Part shown: positions 1 to 6,312 of the stretch, one piece after another
Position numbering within the stretch: the first letter of the stretch is position 1
Layout: every line of letters starts with the position of its first letter
The notes under the pieces: model-generated
The model's input: the letters and a program-made list of their open reading frames with translations, nothing else
Told to the model about the DNA's origin: nothing
Databases searched by the model: none
IMG/VR virus record: IMGVR_UViG_3300037418_000253
Origin: an uncultured virus (IMG/VR IMGVR_UViG_3300037418_000253)
Lineage: Duplodnaviria > Heunggongvirae > Uroviricota > Caudoviricetes
Reading direction: 5' to 3' (one strand)
Length of the DNA stretch: 64,000 bases
Program-made: the position numbers and the translations under genes

Positions 1-276
1 ACCCGCGTCCGTTCATTTCAAGCATACAGTCGATGTACAGCCATGTCCATCATTTTAAAGCGTGTCTTGCGAATTACTCAAACTACCGGCCGTTCTGTTC
101 CTAAGTGGCCAACTCGCGTAACTCAGACAGTTACGAGTGCGTACTCAGCGCAAAGCGCCTCGTACTCTGCATCAATGTTATCAGCATTTATTGTTTTGAA
201 CCTGTTTTAGGTCTCTTGCTCAAAGACCGGCTGCGCTCATATACCATTCATCAACGTCGAAACCAATGACTACCCC
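1..276 (-). ncRNA. ssrA: tmRNA (3' end truncated by window edge); tag ORF at 185..123 encodes ADNIDAEYEALCAEYALVTV*
   Basis: Minus strand starts GGGGTAGTCATTGGTTTCGAC (tmRNA-type 5' end) and leaves the window at GGACGCGGGT (start of T-arm). Resume-codon context AATAAAT-GCT; the tag stop codon lies in a hairpin. Confidence 0.9.
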
Positions 277-288
277 AGGATTCGTGCG

Positions 289-360
289 TGCCCTCAACAG
301 GACTCGAACCTGTAATTGAAACTTAGGAGGTTTCCGTGATATCCATTTCACTATAAGGGC
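289..360 (-). tRNA. tRNA-Arg(CCT)
   Basis: Cloverleaf GCCCTTA...TGAGGGC-A; anticodon arm GAAAC-CT CCT AA-GTTTC; T-loop TTCGAGT. Confidence 0.93.
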
Positions 361-365
361 AAAGA

Positions 366-455
366 TGGTTGCTGGGCGTGACCCCTTTGTCTCTGAATCC
401 CGCCGCGAAGGCGCGTCTACCAGGATATACGGAATTTCGCGACCCGCAGGCAACC
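366..455 (-). ncRNA. Putative ~90-nt structured RNA of unknown class
   Basis: 5' GGTTGC pairs with 3' GCAACC-A; internal hairpin CGCG-CCTT-CGCG; occupies a tRNA-sized slot in the array; no T-loop. Confidence 0.4.
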
Positions 456-468
456 GCTGCGTAAAGCT

Positions 469-603
469 TGTAGGAGGGAAGGACTCGAACCTTCCTAGGC
501 GGGCCGCCGCCCTATTAGTCACCATGATAAACGGGAATCGAACCGGACAACGAAACCATTCGCGAGGCAGGAATCGAACCTGCATACCTTTCCGTTCTCC
601 TAC
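469..603 (-). ncRNA. tRNA-like RNA with acceptor stem and three T-loop motifs
   Basis: 7-bp acceptor GTAGGAG/CTCCTAC-A; GCAGG-TTCGATT-CCTGC, GG-TTCGATT-CC and GAAGG-TTCGAGT-CCTTC; no anticodon loop. Confidence 0.7.
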
Positions 604-607
604 AAAG

Positions 608-679
608 TACCCCTACCAGGAGTCGAACCCGGCTCTACGGTTCCGAAGACCGTCGTGTTATCCGATACACTATAAGGGC
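608..679 (-). tRNA. tRNA-Arg(TCG)
   Basis: Cloverleaf; anticodon arm ACGGT-CT TCG GA-ACCGT. Confidence 0.9.
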
Positions 680-680
680 A

Positions 681-1005
681 TGCCCCAGTTTAACGTGTGC
701 TTGGGGGTACCACGAGTTATTTCTGCGACGGAGGTAACTGCCCTCTGGCCATTCCTGTAGGTTTGCGGGCCTCCCGCCTAACTACAGTTAGTCGCTCGTT
801 AAATTTTGCGGTTTGGAGGTGACTAATCTCGACACCGCTATAAGTTCACCAGACATGCTAGCACATGCTTAGTCTCTGGTGCCAAGGCGTTCACGGGCTA
901 TAACCTTGGATTAATCAGCCTGCTAGAGCTGTCCCGTTCCACATTCACAGGCTGGAATCCAGTTCCATTTACTTTCCACCTTCTGAATTCAAGTGGGGAA
1001 TTCAT
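681..1005 (-). ncRNA. Large ornate structured ncRNA (candidate compact GOLLD-like RNA)
   Basis: About 10 stems plus several loop-loop complementarities, lying between two tRNAs; no credible ORF. Confidence 0.65.
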
Positions 1006-1007
1006 AG

Positions 1008-1084
1008 AGGCACTGGAGGGAATCGAACCCTCTAAGGCGAGAAGTTTTGCAGACTTCCGGTGGAAAACCATCCACAACAGCGCC
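1008..1084 (-). tRNA. tRNA-Cys(GCA)
   Basis: GGCGCTG/CAGTGCC-T (U73 Cys determinant); GAAGT-CT GCA AA-ACTTC. Confidence 0.9.
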
Positions 1085-1086
1085 GG

Positions 1087-1159
1087 GGTGACGTACGGGA
1101 GTCGAACCCGCCAAACCTTGGGCCACAACCAAGTGCCTTAACCGCTCGGCTTACGTCAC
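1087..1159 (-). tRNA. tRNA-His(GTG), no encoded G-1
   Basis: GTGACGT/ACGTCAC-C; CTTGG-TT GTG GC-CCAAG. Confidence 0.92.
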
Positions 1160-1161
1160 AG

Positions 1162-1242
1162 TGGGTCAGGGTGGATTTGAACCAACCGTGCAGCGCGTAC
1201 TGCACCTTTTCCGTGACAGCTCTAGAAACTGTCAGCAGACCC
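1162..1242 (-). ncRNA. Atypical D-armless tRNA-like RNA with a CTA (amber) anticodon-like loop
   Basis: GGGTCTG / TGACAGT-TT CTA GA-GCTGTCA / GTGCAG-TACGCG-CTGCAC / GG-TTCAAAT-CC / CTGACCC-A. Confidence 0.65.
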
Positions 1243-1283
1243 ATGAGCCGCGTTTTATTCACCAGAGCGGTCCTAACTGGTCG

Positions 1284-1358
1284 TGCTCCCCCTCGGACTC
1301 GAACCGAGGACCCGCGACTTAAAAGGACGCTGCTCTAAACCAACTGAGCTAGGGGAGC
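1284..1358 (-). tRNA. tRNA-Lys(TTT)
   Basis: Cloverleaf; loop CT TTT AA; T:T mismatch in the anticodon stem. Confidence 0.92.
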
Positions 1359-1380
1359 ATGGCCCGAAGGCCGAATTTCT

Positions 1381-1479
1381 TTATGGATTTAGCATCTTAC
1401 CGCACCCTGCGCAATACGTCGAACCTGCCGGGTTCGGAGAACCACAGTGGCTACAGTAAACTGGACCTGGAGTTGACAT
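1381..1479 (-). CDS. 32-aa zinc-ribbon microprotein (MSTPGPVYCSHCGSPNPAGSTYCAGCGKMLNP)
   Basis: CxxC-x10-CxxC; SD AGGAAGGGAG upstream of the ATG; the longer ORF-track start lies inside tRNA-Tyr. Confidence 0.7.
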   Translation of the reverse strand: MSTPGPVYCSHCGSPNPAGSTYCAGCGKMLNP

Positions 1480-1497
1480 GTTATCTCCCTTCCTGCG

Positions 1498-1578
1498 TGC
1501 GTAAGGAGGGAATCGAACCCCCAGTGCCGAAGCGTCTGATTTACAGTCAGAGGAGCACACCACCTGCTCAACTTACGC
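1498..1578 (-). tRNA. tRNA-Tyr(GTA)
   Basis: TCTGA-CT GTA AA-TCAGA; long variable arm. Confidence 0.92.
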
Positions 1579-1602
1579 ATTGCCCTCGCGGGCTGATATA
1601 GT

Positions 1603-1803
1603 TTAGTTTACCACAGTTCGTTTGGCGTTTGCAAGTGCCTCTCGTCGCTCCCTGGCAACCTCGCCAGCGTGCTTCATCCAGACATCCATAATCCGGACCA
1701 ATTCTTCCGGGGTGATGCCAAGCTCGGCCGCTGCGCGCCTGTCGGTCTCGGTGGGAAACTCGGGCGTGTCAACCCAGCGACCGTCGATTTGGGTAATTGC
1801 CAT
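1603..1803 (-). CDS. hypothetical protein (66 aa)
   Basis: SD GAGGTG; abuts the upstream ORF stop (TAA-ATG). Confidence 0.7.
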   Translation of the reverse strand: MAITQIDGRWVDTPEFPTETDRRAAAELGITPEELVRIMDVWMKHAGEVARERREALANAKRTVVN

Positions 1804-2091
1804 TTAATGCACCTCGTTATTATGTACGACGATGGTTGTGTTGTCAACCACCTCCAGCCGCCGCCAATTTTCGTCAGCCAGCTCCAGAGCTTTCTCGTAG
1901 ACACCCTCATGAACATTGCGGAACAGCAACGCTCGCAACCGCTCGTGCGTCGTCGTGGTCTTCACGGTCTCCGTGTCAACCGGGTGCTCCCGCTCGGGCT
2001 GCTTCCTGCGCCGCAGTTTCGGGACCTTGATATCTCCGAGCTGCTGGACCGTCTCATCGTGCAGGGACATGTTGTGCTGGACTTTGACCAT
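1804..2091 (-). CDS. hypothetical protein (start 2091 or 2070)
   Basis: ORF-track start overlaps tRNA-Phe; ATG 2091 lies 7 nt downstream of TATAAT. Confidence 0.6.
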   Translation of the reverse strand: MVKVQHNMSLHDETVQQLGDIKVPKLRRRKQPEREHPVDTETVKTTTTHERLRALLFRNVHEGVYEKALELADENWRRLEVVDNTTIVVHNNEVH

Positions 2092-2145
2092 GCCCCTGAT
2101 TATATCACGAAACCCCCGCAGGCTTGTACCTACAGGGGTTTCTCG

Positions 2146-2217
2146 TGGGACCAGAGGGAATCGAACCCCCGCGCTCCGGGCTTCAACCGGACGCTCTACC
2201 ATCTGAGCTATGGCCCC
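2146..2217 (-). tRNA. tRNA-Phe(GAA)
   Basis: TCCGG-TT GAA GC-CCGGA; cloverleaf. Confidence 0.93.
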
Positions 2218-2243
2218 AGGTGAGCAGAAGCTCACTTTTTAAG

Positions 2244-2588
2244 TCAAGGTGTTGGGGGAGTCCATTCCCATTCAGGAATCACGTCTGTTCCATCCTGGAG
2301 CAGAGGTGCCTCAGCCAACTTCTGTGCTCCAATTGAAAATGCGGTGAATGGAACATCAACCTCGCATGTTCGTTGCATCACCTTCCAGATGTGCGAACCG
2401 CCCTCATCCACACCATCTTCAAACTGCTTAGAATCCACATTAATTCTAAGACGAATGAAGCCATTATCGAAATCTACCCCGGAAACCTCTACGAAGTTGC
2501 CATATAGAAAAGGACCGGCAACGTTTGTAATGCTACTGAGACTAATGTCAACATACTCATTCGGCTGAATAGAGTCAATGAACGTCAA
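2244..2588 (-). CDS. hypothetical protein (114 aa)
   Basis: TTG start with SD AAGGAG; fills the gap between tRNAs. Confidence 0.65.
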   Translation of the reverse strand: MTFIDSIQPNEYVDISLSSITNVAGPFLYGNFVEVSGVDFDNGFIRLRINVDSKQFEDGVDEGGSHIWKVMQRTCEVDVPFTAFSIGAQKLAEAPLLQDGTDVIPEWEWTPPTP

Positions 2589-2611
2589 ATTTACAACTCC
2601 TTTTAGAAAAG

Positions 2612-2684
2612 TGGCGCAGACGGGATTCGAACCCGTGTTTCTGGGTTATGAGCCCAGCGTGGAACCGAACTCCACTACCGCGCA
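2612..2684 (-). tRNA. tRNA-Met(CAT), initiator-type
   Basis: Three G:C pairs in the anticodon stem (CTGGG-CT CAT AA-CCCAG) and an unpaired 1:72 position. Confidence 0.88.
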
Positions 2685-2685
2685 G

Positions 2686-2757
2686 TAGCGGCTATTGGAT
2701 TTGAACCAATGACTTCTCCCTTATGAGGGGAGCGTTCTACCCCTGAACTAAGCCGCC
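2686..2757 (-). tRNA. tRNA with CAT anticodon (elongator Met, or Ile2)
   Basis: CTCCC-CT CAT AA-GGGAG; cloverleaf. Confidence 0.88.
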
Positions 2758-2774
2758 ATAAATCAATTTGCGCG

Positions 2775-2848
2775 TACCGAAAGCAGGACTCGAACCTGCG
2801 ACCCTGCGACTATAATTCGCGTGCTCTACCTGTCTGAGCTATTTCGGC
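2775..2848 (-). tRNA. tRNA-Ile(TAT)
   Basis: GCGA-AT TAT AG-TCGC anticodon arm; normal D and T arms; A73. Confidence 0.8.
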
Positions 2849-2864
2849 ATGTCGCCAATTATTG

Positions 2865-2938
2865 TACGCCGAGTGGGACTTGAACCCACGACTCACGGAT
2901 TAAGAGTCCGTTGCTCTGGCCAACTGAGCTACCGGCGC
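2865..2938 (-). tRNA. tRNA-Lys(CTT)
   Basis: ACGGA-CT CTT AA-TCCGT. Confidence 0.95.
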
Positions 2939-2951
2939 TTGTTGTCCTTCT

Positions 2952-2981
2952 ATTTTATACAGCCGAAGGACGGGCTGTCAA
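2952..2981 (-). promoter_or_regulatory. sigma70/HrdB-type promoter upstream of a tRNA block
   Basis: TTGACA-N18-TAAAAT. Confidence 0.65.
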
Positions 2982-2990
2982 GCTTATTTA

Positions 2991-3065
2991 TCAGAAGACC
3001 CACATAAGGACTGCGATAAACAGAACTACTAGGATACCGATGACTAGAGCACGCTCTACTGTCAT
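2991..3065 (-). CDS. 24-aa single-TM microprotein (MTVERALVIGILVVLFIAVLMWVF)
   Basis: Strong SD GGGAGGTG; fully hydrophobic; below the ORF-track cutoff. Confidence 0.65.
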   Translation of the reverse strand: MTVERALVIGILVVLFIAVLMWVF

Positions 3066-3097
3066 GTTACCACCTCCCATTTATTTGGGACATAGGG

Positions 3098-3170
3098 TGG
3101 AGAAGAAGGGACTCGAACCCTCAACCTTGTGCTTGCAAAGCACCTGCGCTTCCAATTGCGCCACATCCCC
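3098..3170 (-). tRNA. tRNA-Ala(TGC)
   Basis: G3:U70 pair; loop TT TGC AA. Confidence 0.93.
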
Positions 3171-3185
3171 AACGGAACTTCCTCT

Positions 3186-3215
3186 ATCATAGCAGTCGGT
3201 TCCAGTGTGTGTCAA
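3186..3215 (-). promoter_or_regulatory. sigma70/HrdB-type promoter
   Basis: TTGACA-N18-TATGAT with TG extension. Confidence 0.65.
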
Positions 3216-3229
3216 ATAAACAATAAATC

Positions 3230-3457
3230 TTACGTATCCAGTTCTTCTACGCTGTACTGGGCCTGCACGGCATGCAAGTGGCCCTCACAGATTGGAATGG
3301 GAACGGTCACACCGTCCTCAAGCTCAGCCAGGATTTCTCCCACTGCCTCGTTGGGACACGTCAGTCCATCCTGAATATCCAGTCCACAGAACTGGCGAAT
3401 GGTGACTCCAGGCTGCCCCATCAGGTCAGCCATTTGCTGAAAATCAGAACTCATCAC
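3230..3457 (-). CDS. hypothetical protein, Cys/His motif
   Basis: ORF track; overlaps the upstream small ORF. Confidence 0.65.
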   Translation of the reverse strand: MMSSDFQQMADLMGQPGVTIRQFCGLDIQDGLTCPNEAVGEILAELEDGVTVPIPICEGHLHAVQAQYSVEELDT

Positions 3458-3599
3458 TATCTACAACCTCAAAGTCTAGGACATTCATTCCGCAATTGCT
3501 ACCCTCACCAAAACAGTCTTCAACTGCCTCATGGGCATCAGCTTCACTGAATGCTTCGACCTCTACTTGCAGAAGCACCGAATAAACGTATCTCTTCAT
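3444..3599 (-). CDS. 51-aa acidic hypothetical protein (MKRYVYSVLLQVEVEAFSE...)
   Basis: Translated by hand; ATG 6 nt downstream of TGcTATACT. Confidence 0.6.
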   Translation of the reverse strand: MKRYVYSVLLQVEVEAFSEADAHEAVEDCFGEGSNCGMNVLDFEVVDSDEF

Positions 3600-3614
3600 G
3601 ACCTTAGTATAGCA

Positions 3615-4133
3615 TCAAAGGGTTTCAAGTTCCCAGTCACGCTCAATGAGATAATTGGCAAGGTCTCCAGGAGTTACGTCCTGGGGAAGCCTATCGTCAT
3701 TGAACATGTGGATACCCGCCCGTCGATACACCTCGTCCACCAACTGGGAGCAAATCATATGCCCCTTGTTCTGAACGTATCGACGCAGCTTTATTGGCTT
3801 GAGACCAAAGTGTGCCAGAGCGAGTGCTAGGTAGTCAAGGAAGGAATATGGAGTGCCCCTAAGCGCTCGACCTTCCCGCACGACCGCCTCGCGCTGCTCA
3901 TCCGTCAACTCCAGATTGGAGAATACCGCCTTGCCGGGGAAATACTCCGACAGTGGTGTGATGATTGCTCCACCTGGCATTGCTTCTATTACTGTTTCGT
4001 CGTCTAGGACGATAAAGGCGTGTGTGTATCGGGAGGCGTCTCCCGTGAGTAGCTGGCCCATGGCAATCCACCACCCCACAAACCCGCCGATTCTTGATAG
4101 CCCGAAGTCACCGGGCCTAGGCGTCTTAGTCAT
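3615..4133 (-). CDS. permuted papain-like (NlpC/P60, YaeF/YiiX-type) amidase/hydrolase
   Basis: PGD...YTHAFIV...Y...ICSQLV: His precedes Cys, as in permuted NlpC/P60. Confidence 0.75.
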   Translation of the reverse strand: MTKTPRPGDFGLSRIGGFVGWWIAMGQLLTGDASRYTHAFIVLDDETVIEAMPGGAIITPLSEYFPGKAVFSNLELTDEQREAVVREGRALRGTPYSFLDYLALALAHFGLKPIKLRRYVQNKGHMICSQLVDEVYRRAGIHMFNDDRLPQDVTPGDLANYLIERDWELETL

Positions 4134-4137
4134 GTCT

Positions 4138-4818
4138 TTATTTTACCACGCTCAGCAATTCAATGCTGGCAACGTGGGCATCGTGGTCGCTATTCAATGC
4201 ATGACGCATTCGCCCAACGAGCCTCACACGGACGCCTCCGGGCGCTTCCAGGACGCCAATCTTGTCGATGCCCTGGTTGACCGCCCATCGCTGGTCATGG
4301 TGGAACCTTGGCACCGCAACCCTATTGAAATCGCCTCCGAAAATCACGGTGACTCCCTGGCTGTGGAAGTATCCCACGATGGACGACATTTTCTTCCAGT
4401 GCTCCTGCCAGCGGTCCCTGCGCCACTGCTTGTTCAGCTTGGCAGCATCGTTCCATGCTCCCGAGACAAAATGCGTGTTCATGACGCAGACGAGCTGCTT
4501 GCTGTTCCTCCGCTCCAACAGGACCCAGGACACATACCGGTCGGGAGAGGTCATCCTCTTCCCCTCGTGCATAAGAACCGAGTCACTGTCGAGAAGGTTC
4601 CAGGAACTCTTCTTGAATGCGATAGGAATTTCAACATTGTCGTGGACATAATTGAAGGCGGTCCCGATAGCCGCCTTCACGTCCGCGTGGTCCTGCTTCT
4701 CTCCAATTTCTTGGAATAGAAGAACCCCGCCTAGCCTGGATACGGTTTCGGCATCAGCTCGAACCTTCTTCCTTAGCATATCAGGGTTATTGCGAATATT
4801 CGCGGTTACTACTCTCAT
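4138..4818 (-). CDS. endonuclease/exonuclease/phosphatase (EEP) family protein
   Basis: TANI, FQE, NTH, GGDFN, IDKI, SDH motifs. Confidence 0.85.
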   Translation of the reverse strand: MRVVTANIRNNPDMLRKKVRADAETVSRLGGVLLFQEIGEKQDHADVKAAIGTAFNYVHDNVEIPIAFKKSSWNLLDSDSVLMHEGKRMTSPDRYVSWVLLERRNSKQLVCVMNTHFVSGAWNDAAKLNKQWRRDRWQEHWKKMSSIVGYFHSQGVTVIFGGDFNRVAVPRFHHDQRWAVNQGIDKIGVLEAPGGVRVRLVGRMRHALNSDHDAHVASIELLSVVK

Positions 4819-4863
4819 TTGTGGCCTCCTAGTTACTCTCCGTAACTAGGATACCACATATTT

Positions 4864-5058
4864 TTAATCGTGCTTGATTCCGTGCTCCTGGTCAAGGACC
4901 TTGTGCTCGGCATTGACTCGCTTATTCACGGCTCGCTTGGCAAGAGGCCACAGCAGACCAAGGAATATCACGTCAACCACCAGAATGAACGTCAGCTCAA
5001 CCAGGGTGTGCGCGGGGTCGGTAATCATTTCAGTGTAGTGGTGCAGAATCTCGCCCAT
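4864..5058 (-). CDS. small membrane protein
   Basis: One hydrophobic segment; SD AGGGAG. Confidence 0.7.
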   Translation of the reverse strand: MGEILHHYTEMITDPAHTLVELTFILVVDVIFLGLLWPLAKRAVNKRVNAEHKVLDQEHGIKHD

Positions 5059-5128
5059 GTCATTCTCTCCCTTGTTGGTGGACGAACGAAACGAGCTTGG
5101 GGGCCTTTACGAAACCCCCGGAAAAATC

Positions 5129-5356
5129 TCAGGAATTTTCCTCGAACCACGCATCATACTGTGCCTCGGTCATGACCTGACCAGACATGGCAAGCATGTT
5201 GCACGGAGCATTGTCATCATAACCCGGCTCGTCTGCGGCACCATGCTTGCAGTCCATTACGTCATCAACAGCCTGGGTAATGGCTTCCATTTTATCCTGG
5301 CCTTCGCTGTTGCTGTCAACATAAAAGGCTAGTTCCATACGAACGATTTTCTTCAT
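5129..5356 (-). CDS. hypothetical protein (75 aa)
   Basis: ORF track; ATG immediately follows the 3' end of tRNA-Arg. Confidence 0.65.
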   Translation of the reverse strand: MKKIVRMELAFYVDSNSEGQDKMEAITQAVDDVMDCKHGAADEPGYDDNAPCNMLAMSGQVMTEAQYDAWFEENS

Positions 5357-5357
5357 G

Positions 5358-5430
5358 CGCCCCTAGCAGGACTCGAACCTGCGGCCAAGTGCTTAGAAGG
5401 CACCCGCTCTGTCCACTGAGCTATAGGGGC
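5358..5430 (-). tRNA. tRNA-Arg(TCT)
   Basis: GTGC-CT TCT AA-GCAC; cloverleaf. Confidence 0.95.
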
Positions 5431-5438
5431 AAACCTAT

Positions 5439-5693
5439 TTAGTCGATGAACTCCTCGCCCATCTCCGTGACGGAAAATACCATCTCAAGGGTGTCTGGGT
5501 CAATATCCCATTCCAGGTAGCCTTGCTCCACCGCGTCAAAAATCGCAGTCTCGCAAGCGTTCCTGTCAGCCCAGTACACCTCGGGAGCAAGCTCCTTGGC
5601 CATCGGCACGTTGAGCGAATAAAGCGGCTCGCCTGCCTCATCGACCCCCGAGACCTCGTAGACACCCATCTCGATGAGGGTTTCTAGGTCCAC
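5439..5693 (-). CDS. acidic hypothetical protein (84 aa)
   Basis: GTG start with SD AAGGAG. Confidence 0.75.
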   Translation of the reverse strand: MDLETLIEMGVYEVSGVDEAGEPLYSLNVPMAKELAPEVYWADRNACETAIFDAVEQGYLEWDIDPDTLEMVFSVTEMGEEFID

Positions 5694-5759
5694 CGTTTTT
5701 CTCCTTGGTCAAGAAGAGACCCGCAGAATTTCTCCACGGGCCTCTTGTTGTACGTAACG

Positions 5760-5832
5760 CGTCCCCGGCAGGATTCGAACCTGCAACCTCCTGATTCGTA
5801 GTCAGACGCTCTATCCGTTGAGCTACGGGGAC
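5760..5832 (-). tRNA. tRNA-Arg(ACG)
   Basis: CTGA-CT ACG AA-TCAG; cloverleaf. Confidence 0.95.
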
Positions 5833-5856
5833 CAGTTGTTTCTTGCTGATGTCAAT

Positions 5857-5885
5857 ATTTTAGCGAATATCTCTACCCATGTCAA
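5857..5885 (-). promoter_or_regulatory. sigma70/HrdB-type promoter
   Basis: TTGACA-N17-TAAAAT. Confidence 0.7.
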
Positions 5886-6010
5886 ACCCCCTCAAACCAT
5901 CCCAGATGGTGGTCTAGGTCACAGTCACAAGGGGGCAAAGGCTTTGCTATTGTGAAGCCGCCATGTTATTGTTCCCCCAAACGCAGTCCCTTACCTAAGG
6001 AGCACGACCG

Positions 6011-6259
6011 ATGGGCATTCAGGTGTCTCTCACGGATGACGACGCGATGCGCTACATGAAGTGGCTTGCAAACATGCGTCAGCCTCAGAAGCAGGCCGAG
6101 CAGCAGCCTGTAGCGACCACCGTCACAAACGAGCCGAACGTAACCCGCCGCGAACAGCTCAAGGACATTCGCAAGTGGGCAGCCAGGCACGGATTCCAGA
6201 TTGCCGCCAAGGGACGCATCCCCCAGCCTGTCATGGAAGCCTATGAGAGGGCTCACTGA
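6011..6259 (+). CDS. lsr2: Lsr2-like DNA-binding protein (C-terminal Lsr2 domain)
   Basis: IRKWAARHGFQIAAKGRIPQPVMEAY matches the Lsr2 IRxWA...RGRI motif; SD AAGGAG. Confidence 0.85.
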   Translation: MGIQVSLTDDDAMRYMKWLANMRQPQKQAEQQPVATTVTNEPNVTRREQLKDIRKWAARHGFQIAAKGRIPQPVMEAYERAH

Positions 6260-6271
6260 CACCTGCGTATG

Positions 6272-6310
6272 AAGGACCCCCGGTGGAAAGCCGGGGGTCC
6301 TTTGTTTTTG
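6272..6310 (+). terminator. intrinsic terminator between convergent genes
   Basis: AAGGACCCCCGG...CCGGGGGTCCTT followed by TGTTTTT. Confidence 0.85.
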
Positions 6311-6312
6311 TC

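Noticed and set aside
366..455. Selenocysteine tRNA (contains TTCA)
   Set aside because: The TCA is not in a 7-nt loop on a proper stem, and there is no T-arm.
1162..1242. Amber stop-codon reassignment or pyrrolysine system
   Set aside because: Long genes are intact in the standard code, TAG ends normal genes, and no pyl genes are visible.
220..1338. ORF-track ORFs 220-585, 365-760, 898-1128, 1032-1262, 1060-1338
   Set aside because: They overlap clear tRNA, tmRNA or structured RNA elements and translate to typical tRNA shadow peptides.
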